Assembly (NCBI GenBank): GCA_050575255.1
Contig: JBNZDD010013542.1
Location: 590,955 to 654,954 of the forward strand
Reading direction: 5' to 3'
Length of the DNA stretch: 64,000 nt
Source: Harriotta raleighana
Taxonomy: Eukaryota
Below are positions 12,741 through 25,857 of the stretch, piece by piece (position 1 is the first letter of the stretch; the number at the start of each line of letters is the position of its first letter). The notes below the pieces were generated by a model. It made no database searches, had not been told where the DNA came from, and saw only the letters and a program-made list of their open reading frames with translations. The position numbers were made by a program, and so were the translations under genes.

Positions 12741-14125
12741 GGAGTACTGTAGGTCAATGGTGAGAACACATGCCTTACAATTGTGAGAGCTGGGTTCGAT
12801 TCTAGGCAGGGCGAAACCTTGGTCTAGTTTCCTTACTACACACACCTGATAATAAACTCTTGAGAAAAACAAACAATAAATTGGTCATTTTCAATCTATG
12901 ACTGTTTGTGGGACACTGCTGTGCGCAATTGACTGTTTGGTCCACAAATATACAGTAGAACCCATTTACCTGGCCAGTGGCGGTTATTTTTTTTTTTAAA
13001 TTACAAATTATTTTAACACATACCATATTAATAATAGACTAAATAATAAAAGAATATTCTATTAGTACATTAGTACATTATTATTGATATTTAACTTCGC
13101 AATTACAGCACTGATTCGACGGGAGGTAAAAAATGCGACTTTAAAAAGCAACGAGTTTAGACGTAACGGCCAGCACACACACACACAGACAGACAGACAC
13201 ACAGACAGACAGACACAGACCCTCAAAGATATTCAGTCTTAATCCATCATATAAATTCTGTCCACAATCCTCATCACCCACCCTGTCCCTTTCCTCTCTC
13301 TCCCTCCCTCTCTTTCTGCATCAACCTGCCTGCCATTTCTCTCTCTCTCTCTCTCATTCCATTATACTTTCCCCTATCTATCTCTCCCTCCCTTTCCCCC
13401 CTCTCTCATTCCCCCCACTTTCTCTTTCTCTGTCTCTCCATCTCCCCCCCCCACTCCCCCTCTCTCTGTGTTCCCCTATGCGCCCCCCACCCTCCCCGCT
13501 CCCTCCCTCTCTTGCCGCTACCTGCAGCAATATTTATTATATTTACAGTACAAGGAGGGCATTGCAATAATCCAGCTGAGAAGTGACAAAGCCGTGGACC
13601 AAGGTTTCAGTGGCTTTTAGAGTGAGGTATTGCCGGAGTCGGGCGATCCGTCGGAGGTGGAAGAAGGCGGTGCTGGTGAGGGACCAGATGTGAGGGAGGA
13701 AGGATAGTTGGGGGTCGAACCTGACGCCTAGGTTGCTCACATGTTCGGAGAGTTTTAGGGGTAGACCGGCAAGGTGGAGGAGGTGAGAGCTGAGCGAATG
13801 GAGACATTTACGAGAGCCAAAGGGTATGGCCTCCATCTTGTCAACATACAAGAAATTTGCACTCATCCAGCTCCTGATGTCTGACAGGCAGGCTGACAGA
13901 ACATCAGGGGACCGGGAGTCGCAAAGTGAAGTGGAGAAATAGAGCTGGGTATCATCCGCGTACAAGTGAAGTGCGCTCCATGTCTGCGGATGACATCCCC
14001 AAGAGGGAGCATATAGATGAGGAAGAGAAGGGGCCAAGGATGGATCTCTGGGGTACCCCACAGGTTTCAGAGACGTCTAGAAGACATGAAAAGACCTATA
14101 TCAAATGCTAGGATTATTATTATTT
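12741..14125 (+). mobile_element. Nested stack: SINE split by a Tigger-like MITE remnant, microsatellites and an L2 fragment
   Basis: SINE head and body at 12741-12951. MITE-like sequence from about 12953 resembles 60823 onward. (CA)/(CAGA) and C/T-rich tracts follow, and a SINE tail resumes at about 14063. Confidence 0.7.
13549..14062 (-). mobile_element. L2-clade LINE RT fragment
   Basis: Peptide LHLYADDTQLYFS...CLSDIRSWMSANFL...LVHGFVTSQLDYCNALL, containing the YADD RT motif; typical of L2. Confidence 0.9.
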
Positions 14126-14656
14126 TTATTTCTCAACAGTGAGAAATGACTTTGCCCCAAACACAAGGAAAAGTTTCACCTAAAATCTCAGCTGGCGATC
14201 TTTACAAATAGGCAGCTGTTATCCTTTTGTTGGGGGAAAATTTCTCACTGTTGGGAAATTACACTGAAATCTCTCCAATGCCATTTATGCTCCATGATGC
14301 AATCGTGTCAGAAACATGATTACAAATAAATAGGTTATCATGTACAATGCTTGTGTGCAATAACCGCAAAAGTTAATTGCGACCCTTTTTGCCTCTTCCT
14401 CTCCCCCTTACCATCAAACACAATTAATGCCATTTTAACATTTTGTAAAAGAATGTCAACTGTCCCTGAATTTTCCTCCCTGGAGTACAAAGGCTAATCC
14501 AAATAGGTAGTTTACCTACTCAACATATGTCATGGTTCGATATAACATCTCTACAGTGGAGATACTGTCCTTAATTTCCAACTTTTATCCCTAAACTACT
14601 TGATTTGAATGTGCAATGTAACTCCAGAAATATAGTTTCTATTTTTTGAGCATAAC

Positions 14657-14975
14657 AATAATAATAATCCATGGATTTGATTCAGCACCTTATCATGTCT
14701 TCAAGCCGTCTCAAAGTGCTTGACCGAATATACTGTAAAGTGAATTGACTATATTGTGTGGGCGAAACACAGCAGCCAATTTTGGACAGCAGAGTTCCAC
14801 AAAAAGTTGTGGATTGAGTGCCCAAATTATTAATTATTTTTTGGAAGGGATTATTATCCCCGGTAAAGCGATTTTCCAATCGACTAACAACCCAGTTCCT
14901 ATATACTGCTAAGTAAACAGAGGTGGGTGCATAAGAAAACTTGCCCAACATTTTGCCCTGCCAGGATTAAGGCTC
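14657..14975 (-). mobile_element. tRNA-derived SINE, long subfamily
   Basis: Reverse of cctctgtttacttagcagta..gggataataatccc plus body and tail. Confidence 0.8.
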
Positions 14976-16149
14976 AGCCATGGTGTAAAAGAGTGTACAG
15001 TATAATGATGTATCCCCATACCTATTATGGTTTGAGATGGAAATGCCAACTCACATCTCAGTGCTGTTCTCCATGTTTAAATCTACATTTCTTTACTTGT
15101 TTAGAATCATTTTAAATTTTCATTCCAAGGAAAATGCTAACAAAGAAACTGAATCTGCGATAAAACAATTTATCGCATAGGTCATGTATTTTGATAATGT
15201 TCATGAGATGATCTCAGATTTTCTTGGGTGTACTTCGTTAATTTTTCTTAATAAAATTTACTTTCTGTACATATATATCTCTATATATAATGCATGAAAT
15301 CCACCACCAGCCTAGCAGCACTTAAATTGCAGTCTGTTTATTCCGTGATGCATTCCGAAGCAGCATAATTTTGCACTTATTTGTAAACAAGGCGAGCTGT
15401 ACGAGAGTTCAATAGTCTGCTTGGCATATTGTGATTTAGAAGGCACATTAAAATGGCAATCTAGTAATCAGAACATGCATCTAAGGGAGAGTTCAAGAAA
15501 TGCAGTGCAGATGGGCTGTGCTGATAAATAAAAATCTTAGTGACATCAATCCTAAATTGTATGGTGGTGCCTTGGGGCCACGGCTGGAACTTTATTGTGC
15601 ACGCAGCAGTTGGAATGGGGTGTTTTGGAGCTGTGAGATTTGTATTTCCAAAATGACTGTTTCTGTGCTGACGGTTACAGCCTGTTCCGTGGACATTTCA
15701 TTACACAGTTAATGTGTCTCTCCTGACCAAATTCACAATGCTTCCCAGATTCCGCTTTTGGGGAAGTACATTAAAGGCTCTGTACCCTGACCTCCAAACA
15801 GCTCTGCAAAAAAATAAAATCTATTTGCTTTTATTAACTTAATATTAATACGGCAAAATGAAACTGCGTGTCTCGATGAGGGAAATGGAATTGGTTAGCT
15901 GAAAAGAGAGAAATCAGGATATCTTTTAAATATTAAACCACTTGCAAAGATTTAGATTTAAATTCTGATATAATTCTCTTTCCCCAAACAGCCAACATTT
16001 TAAAGTTTAAAAAAATCTTGGGTTCTAAAAGGCCACTTAAATTTAGAAATTCTTAAAAATATCAAATAGGAATGAGGCCGGTGTGCCCGAGGCAGCTCCC
16101 GACACACACTTCAATGCCGGCATCTGTGAAGCTTACATCTGTCTTCACT

Positions 16150-16640
16150 TTTTGAGATTGCCAACTATTCAAATGCCCTTCTTGCCAGGCTCCACAAAAT
16201 CCACAAATTCCAGCTAATCCAAAACTCCTGCCATCTGCATACTCACCCGTACTTAACTCCTTACCCCATCACATGAGTTCTAGCCAAGCCCCACTGGCTC
16301 CCAATCACCCAACGGATCGATTACAAGATCCTCACAAGAATCTTCAAATCCTTTCATGCCCTGGCACCTCTCTATCTTTCCAACCTGCTGACTCCCCAAC
16401 CCACTACCCACTGTCTCCGCTGGACTGCCTCTGGCCTCCTGCTTGTCCCTCATGCCCTCCATTCCACTATTGGTGCCTGCACCTTTAGCCAGTAAGCTCT
16501 GAAACCATGGAATACCCTTTGTCTATTCTCCATCTTCAGGTCGTGCCTTAAGACCTTCCCCTTTGTCCGAGCCTATGGTCACCTCCCCCTCCCTTAAATG
16601 CTCTGGACGCTATCCTACGTGAGGGGCACTATCTAAATGC
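16150..16640 (+). mobile_element. L2-clade LINE 3' fragment
   Basis: Degenerate ORF2 end and tail gcctatggtcacctccccc..gggcactat.taaatgc. Confidence 0.7.
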
Positions 16641-17492
16641 TTGTTATCTCATGGATTCAACCGCAATCAACTGCCGGTTCATAGTGTATTGGTGGAGCTG
16701 GTTCATGGTGTAGATTTGTCCACACATTCTCAATCCTTTCTACCTCAGTAACTATCAAAACTCTTCAAAATTCTAAAGACCTCTATCAGGTCACCCCTCA
16801 ACCCTCTTTGTTCCGGTGAAAAAATTTCTCCAGCCTTTGCTCATATGTCAAACCACTTATCCCTAGTATCATCCTAGTAAATGTTATTTATTTATTGATG
16901 ATATTTCATCCACAAATATACAGTCGGTTTTCTTGCTCTCTTCCCCCGACTCCTCCCCTTACCTTCTTTCCCCTCTTTCGTCCCTGGCCCTGTTTGTGGG
17001 ACACTGCTGTGCGCAATTTGGCTGTCACGTTTCACCCACAAATGTAGTCAATTTTCCTACTCTCCTTCCCCCTACCATGACCCCCCCCCTGCTCTGGTCC
17101 CTACCTCTTTCCCCCCCTTTCTTCCCTCTTTTCGTCTCCCCATATCGACCCCTCCACTGCTCTGGTCCCTACTTTGGGACATTGTTGTATTCTGTGAAGC
17201 GCTTTGAGATGTCGATAAGATGTGTAAAGCGCTATATAAATGTAAGGATTATTATTACTGTATTTTTTTATTATTATGACCAACACTGGACACAACATTC
17301 TAACTGTGGTCTAACTAATGATTTAAATAGGTTTAGCATTATGTACCCAAGTCCCTTTGCTCTTCTACTGTAATATTTTACTATCTAACATGTACTCTAC
17401 GTGTCTACTCCTGGGATCCGTTATTGTCAAGCGCTCTGAGACACCTGGTGTGGAGAGTGCTATATAAATCTAAATTCTGCAATTTTTTGTGC

Positions 17493-18486
17493 AGCGTGCG
17501 TAAAACTAGTGTATATGTGCTAGCTGGCCCCTGGGCTCATGCGCACGGGTGAAGACGCCGAAGCTCCCGTCTAAATCCAATGATTCCTCGGCTGGCTGGT
17601 CCCATGTGCATGCGCATTTTTGACGAGGCTGGCAGATCCCAACTAAAGCTGATGATTCCTCGGCTGGCTGGCCCCACGGACATTGCATTCCTGGGTAAAT
17701 ACAATAATGCTTTGGCCTCGGAGAATCCTATTGGATTGCATGCTAAACAGAAGAGACAGAGAGAGAGACAGGATCCTACAGCAATGTAGCCTAATCTACT
17801 CTGTTGTTTTATTGCTTTTTTTTATTGCTTCACTGCTTTGTTATCGCTTTATTATAGCAATAAAGTGATAACAAAGCCGTTGTAACCTTTCTGCATCTCT
17901 CGTCCAGACCGCCTGTGACTCTCTGCACCCCCGCATGCCCCCGAGCTGTTCTCTGCCCCCCAACTCCGCGAGTCCCCTCTGCCCCCGATCGGCTCTCTGC
18001 TCCTCACCTCCCTGAGTCTCCCCCCTGCCCCGAGTGGCTCTCTGCCACCCACCTCCCCGAGTCCCCCCTGCCTCCGAGCGGCTCTCTGCCCTCCATCTCC
18101 CCGAGTCCCCCCTGCCTCCGAGCAGCTCTCTGTTCCCTCCCCCACCGCCCACCCGCCGCTCTCCCCGATTTCTCTCTGCTTCCCTCCCAGGCTGCCTTGA
18201 TTTGCCTACTTCCTGGGTGGTAGGAGAGACGAGAGCAGGTGGAACGGAGGGGGGGGGGAGCAACACAAGCGGGGAGAAGTGGGCGGAGCAAGGAGCGGGG
18301 CAACCAGCTGTAGCCCGCCTCAGTAGGTATCTTGCATCTCATGTGCTGGAGGCTTGAGGTGGGTAGCCTGCGACTGGATTCCCCTAACCCCCCTTTTCCC
18401 ATTACATCTTAAACTTCTCCAATGCGATTTCGTTGAGTGCGCAGTTTTCCAGGAACGTAACCCCCGTGATTGACGAGGGTTACCTG
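17493..18486. mobile_element. Tigger/pogo-like non-autonomous DNA transposon remnant with internal GC-rich minisatellite
   Basis: Right end ...gacgagggttacctg|TA is Tigger-like. An approximately 44-bp tandem unit runs from about 17925 to 18135. The left TIR was not found. Confidence 0.55.
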
Positions 18487-19269
18487 TACTGAGTTTCACC
18501 CACAAAATATACAATTCACTTTACAGCATATTCTGTGAAGCACTTTGAAATGCCTTGGACTTAATAAGACGCTATATCAAATGCTACTATTATTATTTTA
18601 ATACCACATCCACAGCATTATCTTTATGTATTTTCTCAGATATATCATCAAGAAAACTATTAGATTTGTCAGGCTTGCCTTTAATAAATTCATACTGCCT
18701 GCCTAATCAATCTGTGTCTTTTCAAGTGGTTAGCATTATCCTCTATTAAAGCCTCGCAAACTTTGCTCACTAAAAGCATTTAAAAGATGCCAGACTGACT
18801 GGTCTATAATTATGCGGCTGGGCTCATTCTATCTCTTTAAAACAAACGTGTTATATTAGTTACTCTCCAGTCTAGCACTCTTTCAAATCCAAGGATATTT
18901 GAAAAATAGTCAAAAGTTGTAGTTAGGGCATCTCCTACTTCCTCCCTGACTTCTTTCAACATTCTCAGGTGCTGCCATCAGGTCCCAGTATCTTGTTCTC
19001 TTTGAGTTCCAACAATTTCTTAAGTACCAGTTCCTTTGATATTAATAATACTAATAAAAATCCTTGCATTTGATGCAGTGTCTTAATGTGTCATTGAGAC
19101 GTTTCAAAGCACTTCACATGATATACTGTAGATTGGACTGATGGTGTTATTTGTGGGCAAAGAACCTGGCGGCCAATTATCCCGCAAACAGGTATGGAGA
19201 GAGTGATTCATTTTTAAATTTAGAGGATTGTTGGCCAGGACACCAGGAGAAACTCTCTTCTCTTTTGTG

Positions 19270-19592
19270 GAGACCTGTGTTCGAATCCAGACAGATCAGG
19301 ACGAAACCTTGGACAAGTTTCCTTATTCCACACGCCTAATAATAATAATCCGTCCAAAAAAAACCCCATATTAATAAAAACTGGTCATTTCAATCCATGA
19401 CGGTTTGTGGGACATTGCTGTGCACAATTGGCTGGCGCGTTTTGCCCACAAATATACAGTTAATTCACTTTATGGTATATTCTGTGAAGCGCTTTGGGAC
19501 ATCGATAAGATGTGGAAAGCTCTATATAAATTAAAGTTATTATTATTGATAAGATGTGAAAAGCGTTATATCAAATGCAAGAATTATTATTA
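19270..19592 (+). mobile_element. tRNA-derived SINE, short subfamily, 5' truncated, duplicated tail
   Basis: B-box gttcgaatcc, body, and two successive gataagatgtg.aaagc..tat tails. Confidence 0.85.
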
Positions 19593-19834
19593 TTTTCGAA
19601 TATTGCCTCGGGATCATTACTGGCCACCTGACCCGGCAGATAGGATGCGCACCTCCAGACAATGCAAAACAACTTTTCTAAAGTTCAAGTTATTGCTTCT
19701 GATTATGATTCTATTTGTAATTCTAAATGAATCTAATTCTGGTCCCACACTATAAGGAAAATATAGCTGTGATGGAATGAGAACAATGAGATTCACTAGC
19801 TGATAGCAGGGCTGGCAGGTTAACTACTAACAGG

Positions 19835-20144
19835 ATAATAATAATCCTTGCATTTGATACAGTGCTTTTCATGTCGCCTGGACATCCAAAGTGCTTCACA
19901 GAATATATTGTAAAGTGAATTGACTGTATATTTGTGGGCAAAACGCGGCAGCCAATTGCGCACAGCAGTGTCCCCACTAAGACTGTCATGGAGTGAAATG
20001 ACCAATTTATTATTTTTTTGAGGGATTATTATTAAGTATGTTGAGTAAGGAAACTTGCCCAAGGTTTCGTCCTTCCTGCCTGGATTCGAATACAGGTCTT
20101 ATGCTTGTAAGGCGAGTGTTCTAACCACTGAGCTACAGGACTCC
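19835..20144 (-). mobile_element. tRNA-derived SINE, short subfamily, full length
   Basis: Intact A box (tagctcagtgg) and B-box-like attcgaatcc, body and tail. Confidence 0.9.
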
Positions 20145-20509
20145 ACGATAAACTGGACAGGGTGGATTTTTTTGTTGTAGAAGAGAGAGGATCTAAATTA
20201 TAAAAGGGTTTGGTAAGATTAGCAATAAATTAGCTGTTTCCCTTGATTTGGAGTCTGTAGCCAGAGGAGACAATAATAAGATAGCCACTGGGAAATCTAA
20301 AAAAGAATTTAGGAGGAACTACTTCATGCCAGCGAGTCAGATTATAGAACTCACTGCCTGAAGGGTGGTTGAATCAGATAGTGTAGATACATTCAAAGGA
20401 GACTAGACTCTCACACAAGGGAGAGAGAATGGAGGGTGTGAGAGGGAATAAGGAATGGGTGGAGACTCATGAGGAATATAAAGATCATCAGGGACTGGTT
20501 CGCTGAGTG

Positions 20510-21850
20510 GCCTGCATATATAGTGCCTTGCAGGCAGAGTAGCATCTCAGAGCTCTTAACAGTGATGGAGCCCGACTCCAAGATGACGGAGAGGTAACTG
20601 GAGGGAGGGAGGTGACTGTAAACATGGTCAAAAAGAAAGATGTTCAGGCGGGAATTGAAAAAGGGGAGACAGGGGACAAGGAGGAGAGATTGAGGAAGAG
20701 TGTTCCAGAGTTTTGGGGTATAGTGGCTGAATGCGAGACCTCCAATGCAGAGGAACAGAGGGAGGTAGGGGCGAGCAGGAGACCAGAACCAGTAGAGTGG
20801 AGGTGCTGGGTGGTAGATTGGGGAGTGAGGAGGTGAGATAGGTATGGAGGTGTCAGGGAGTGAATGGACTTGATTATGAGAGTGAAGATTTTTGAAGTCG
20901 ATCCATTCAGTCATGGGGAGCTAGTGGAGCCTGTGCCTGAACTGGTGAGATGGGAGTACGGAGTTTGGTCCGGGTGAATATACAGCCAACAGAATTCTGA
21001 ATGAGCTGGATTTTTTCAACAGTGGAGCTGGGGAGACTGGGCATATGAGTAATCTAGGCAGGAGATGACAAATGCATGCACAAAGATTTGGGCTACAATT
21101 TGGGTGGTAGAGTCAGAGAGTGACAATGTGATGAAGTTGGAAGAAGGTGACTGTAGTCAGGGACTGTATGTGGGTACGGGAGGACAGCTGGGAGTCAAAC
21201 CAAAAGCCTAGGTTGCGCACTGGTTCAGTGAGTCTGTGGGAGAGCCCAGAGAGGTTAAGATCAGCAGGAGTGAAGATGTTGACTGGAGTCAAGGAATATG
21301 GCTTCCATCGTGTTCACATTCAGCTGCCCTGATGTTTGCCAGACAAGCTGATAGTCGATGCTGGAGGAATCAAAGTAGATTTGTGTGTCATCTGCATACA
21401 TGTGGAAGTTTCCCCCGTGTCTGCAGATTATATTTAGCCAGCAGAAAGCGTATAGATGAGAAAAAGGGGGACAAAGATGGAGCCTTGGGTTACCCTGCAA
21501 GTGACTGGATGGGGGCAGAAGGAGAAACCATTTGCTGAGATGAAATGGAGGTGCTCTTAAATCAGAGCATGCGAGTGTGGTTCCACTAAGGTGGATGAGG
21601 GAGAATAGGTGGTGGAGGAGGATAGTGGGACCGATTGTGTCAGGTAGCAAGTGGTGAACTTCATATGGGTGTTTGTGCTTGAAAGGGAGGGAGAAATGGG
21701 GGCAAAGAAGAGTAAGGAGGGGAGAGTGGCAGGAGCCTTGGCGGAGGGAGAATGGATGGAGTGTGGAAGGTCTGGGTGAGGTGGAAGGGGATTTGGAGGT
21801 GGTGGGTGGAGGAGGACGAGGCAGCCTAGCCGATGTTTGCAATCTATGAG
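20510..21850 (-). mobile_element. L2-clade LINE fragment
   Basis: Peptides FHMYADDTQIYF and GGLAFSHYTPKLWNTLP; frameshifted. Confidence 0.85.
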
Positions 21851-21862
21851 GCAAAGAAGTCT

Positions 21863-22188
21863 ATAATAATAATTCTTGCATTTGATATAGCACTTTTCAC
21901 ATCTTATCGACGTCTCAAAGCGCTTCACAGAATATACTTCACAGAAGTATGTATACTTCTAGTCATTCACAAAACATAAGCGCCGCAGCCAATTGTGCAC
22001 AGCAATGAACCACAAACAGCCGTGGATTGAAAATGACCAATTTTTATTATTGTGGTTGTTTTTGGATGAATTATTATTAGGCATGTGGAGTAAGGAAATT
22101 TGCCCAAGGTTTTGCCCTGACTGCCTGGATTCGAACACAGGTCTCACGCTTGTAAGGCGAGTGCTCTAACCATTGAGCTACAGGAGAT
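21863..22188 (-). mobile_element. tRNA-derived SINE, short subfamily, full length
   Basis: Head with gttcgaatcc, body and tail. Confidence 0.9.
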
Positions 22189-22251
22189 CCACTAGGTATG
22201 GAGGTGCTCGAAACGCAAAATTCGCATTAATACTTTTACTTTTATGCCATA

Positions 22252-22961
22252 CAGGCAGTCCTCAAATTACGTCAGGGTTAGGTTCCTGAGATGTGGTGTA
22301 AGTCAAATTTGTATATAAGTCGAGTCACCTCCCTATAATGCTTACAGTAACATATAGTGATTGGTTATAGTGTATAGTGAGCTGCCCTCTCTCCCCTGCA
22401 CCCCTCCTAATATGTACAGTTCTGTAAATAAAATAAAATATTACATGGCTTCATTGTGAGTCTGGCACTCGATGTAGCGCAACACAGGAGATCACACGCG
22501 ACGTAGCGCAACGCAGGGGATCACACGCGATGTAGCGCAACGCAGATCACATGCGACATTGCGCAACTCAGGAGATCACATGTGACGTAGCGCAACGCAG
22601 ATCACGCGTGCCGTAGCGCAACCCAGATCGCACGTGACGTAGCGCAACGCAGATCACACGTGACGTAGCGCAGTCTAAAGGCTGGAGAGTACTGTCCCGC
22701 CGAACTCACAGACTCACACAGTACCTGTACAGTACACACTCGCGTCTCGCCTCCATCCTGTTCCTGAACGCGTATCGTGGTCCCATAAGTGTTGAGAGCG
22801 ACGACTCCAGTTTTCTATCGCGCGTGGGGCAACTAAAGTATTTACATAGTAGTGTCGTAACTTCGAGAACTTGGATGTAACTTGGACGTAATTTTACTGA
22901 TTTTAAGTGTCGTAACTTTGAATTGTCGTACCTCGAAACGTCGTAACTAGAGGACTGCCTG
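22252..22961. mobile_element. Tc1/mariner Tigger-like MITE, complete
   Basis: TIRs CAGGCAGTCCTCaaaTTACGtC and (reverse complement) CAGGCAGTCCTCtagTTACGaC, with a TA target duplication on both sides. Confidence 0.9.
22470..22673. repeat. CpG-rich minisatellite, 26-29 bp unit (gacgtagcgcaacgcag[gag]atcacacgc), about 7.5 copies
   Basis: Directly visible tandem array inside the MITE. Confidence 0.9.
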
Positions 22962-25055
22962 TACTTTTATTTTCTATAACCAGATTTCCTGTTTTTTTAA
23001 CTACCTTTTCTTTAACTATTCTTTTACTTTTAGTGCATTTATAAAATGTTTTTTTTTTTTTCGGACCCATATGGCTCAAGACCAGACTATAAGACCGCAA
23101 ACAGGCAATTGAATGGTCTCACCCATTGTATTGTCAAGCATGTCACCCTACAGATTCCCCCAAGGAGAATATTCTCCAACTGTGCAAATACAACTAAAAT
23201 TCCTTCTTGATGGCTCAGCTGATCAAGCCACTTTCCAAAGGAAAACCACATAGCTCAGAAGGTATTTCTCTGGTAGGCAGTGGTGAGGACCTCTGTATGA
23301 TCCATTGGCGTTTGACCAATGCTGGGGTACAATTTTGCAGATACCAGTTGTTAACCAATAACTTTGCTTACTCATCTGACTGCTGTGTGGTTACTTATCT
23401 CATTCCTGATGCGTATTCCCTTCAATGTTTGTCAACAGAATAACTCAATGCATGTCAAAAATTAATTAATCGCATGAAGCAATTTGAGATAATAATAATA
23501 ATAATCCTTGCATTTGATATAGCACCTTATCATGTTTTAAAACGTCTCAAAGCGCTTCGCAGGATATACTGTAAAGTGACTGTGTGTTTTATGAGTGAAT
23601 TAACGGAGCACAGATGGTCAAACACTGCATTGTATCAAATGCTAGTAATGTTATAGTGGGCCACCGTAGTGCCTCTGATTTTGCCTTGCGGCTTTCTTGC
23701 TCAAGTTAAGAGGCTCCTGTGAAAATCTTTTAACTTGCTAGTGTGTAATATACTTAGGGTTTATGGCAATTCAACTTATGAGTAGATAGGAACTGAAAGA
23801 TACATCAGAGGAATCCAAATGATTCACATCTTGCTGTGTGTGACATGCCACATGTACTCCCCCAGCATTGAGAACATGTGTAACAGGATGGACTTTCCAA
23901 ACACTGGGCTGATTGTCGCACCATTGAGAGTGTGTGTAAGAACACTGACTGTCCCAATGCTAAGCAACTTGGCCCACCCTAAAACTACAACTGCTCTAAT
24001 GGGACTGAAGAATCGAATGAAGGGATTCAAAACTGAAATGGTTATAAATTATCTGAAGCCTGGAGGAGAGATCCTTAAATCACATTGAGATTTTAAAAAA
24101 ATGTTTTATAATACATACTATACGTTTTAGGCAGTTGTTTAATTTGCTTTCAGGTCTGTGTGGTTTTCGCCAGAAGCAGCTCTTGATGTGGTAACAAACA
24201 TTAGAACTCTCTGCATCACTGATCCGCGAGGCTATTCACAGCAAAGTATATAAGAATTCACATTGCCGCAAGCTGGTAGAGTAATTCTACGGCCAATGCA
24301 TATTATATATAACTATTAAGTCAGGACTCGACTTAATATGGACATAATCTTGAAAAAGCAAGTCTTGGAATAATGTATACGGGTGGAAATGGATAATGTA
24401 CTTTTTTTGCCTTTTCCATAAAAACTCAAATGTTGCACAAATAAATAGAACAATGTTCAACATGATCACTGAACAAAAATTCTACTCAACGGTAATTCTT
24501 GCAACGTACCCTGCGGAATTTAAAGCTTGGTAACAGTGCAGCAAATCACATAAATGTGTTCTTAATGTTATCAACACACTGTTTATATGCACTACAGTTT
24601 GCAAGATGTACAGTAATAGAAGTCGCAAAAGCTGAGCAATGGAAACGCACAACTGCGGGGGACTGCTGTTACAACTTTCTGTTCTATTAAATGATAAATT
24701 TGTTGTCTTGGTCCTGTTTCGTTCCCCCATTTCCTCCCCTCCCCTACTATGGTCATCTGGCATTCCCAGGACAGAGGCACTTAACCAAGGAACCTGGCAC
24801 AAAGATACACACTGTATGATGATTCCAATGTTGTTTGAATCTCTTGAATTTTAACTAAAAACAATTCTGAACAATCTTTTGCCGGCCTGCCTTAATCCCC
24901 TTCCCCATAATAATAATAATAATAATCCTTGCATTTTGATCTAGCACTTTTCACGTCTTCTAGACAAATCAAAGGACTTCACAGAATATACTGTAAAGTA
25001 AATTGACTACAGATTTGCGGGCGAAACGTGGCAGCCAATTGCGCACAGCATACTA

Positions 25056-25540
25056 AAGTAAAAGCCCGTTTATCCGTGACTCAATGAACCGGAACTTCCG
25101 TGTAACTGGCACATCAAAAAAAAGTCCCCATCCAATTAACCAGAAGTTATCCGGCAGAATAGCGGTGGCGCATTTAATGAATCGATTTGTCGCACATGAG
25201 TACTGTGCAGGTATATTAGCTTGCCACTAGTACAGCCTAAAGTCACGTTGCCATTTTGTTTCCTCCTGTGGTGGCTGTCGTTGCAGAAGTTAAGTGTAAA
25301 TAATACAATATTCTATTATTACAGTATCTGTTATTACTGTATTTAGTCTATTATTTATATGGTACAGTATACAACATTTACAATAAAGTACCCATACAAT
25401 ATTCTGTTATTATTTTGTCTATTATTAATATGGTATGTGTCAAAATCAGTTATTTTTTGTGTTGGGTTTTCGGCAAGCCATTTAACCGGCATTGATCAGG
25501 TCCCGTGATAAACGGATGCTGGATAAACGCACTTTTACTG
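25056..25540. mobile_element. Tigger-like MITE
   Basis: Ends agtaaaagcccgtttatcc and ggataaacgcacttttactg are inverted repeats. The interior is the reverse complement of 60823-61403. Confidence 0.85.
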
Positions 25541-25857
25541 CATTGTCTTTCAATTCTACCAATTTTCGAACAAGATTTTATCTTTTTCGTGCTCTGCTCC
25601 TCTTTAAAGGCATTTTACTTCTTCCCTCATCCTGGGATATGGTTCCAGAGGCTCCATTGTTACTTTCTGGCACCATATTCAAATGGTCATTCTTCATCTA
25701 CAATTTCTGGCATTGAATGTTGGCTGGATATTCGAATGTGTGTGACATTACAGCTGTTACTGTAGTCCAACCCTGACTTGACACAATGTCTGTCAACATG
25801 GCAACTTCCAGGAAAGCGGGGTGGGGAGGGTGGAGGGGGAAGCTGCAATCAATGAAG

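Noticed and set aside
17841-18402. Overlapping Gly/Arg- and Pro-rich ORFs
   Set aside because: Products of a GC-rich minisatellite that lacks stop codons.
20075-20144. tRNA gene (Val/Ala-like, with A and B boxes)
   Set aside because: It is the head of a multi-copy SINE and continues into SINE body and tail; the same holds for the other copies.
22470-22673. CRISPR-like array
   Set aside because: Tandem units have no unique spacers, lie inside a MITE, and there are no cas genes in this vertebrate DNA.
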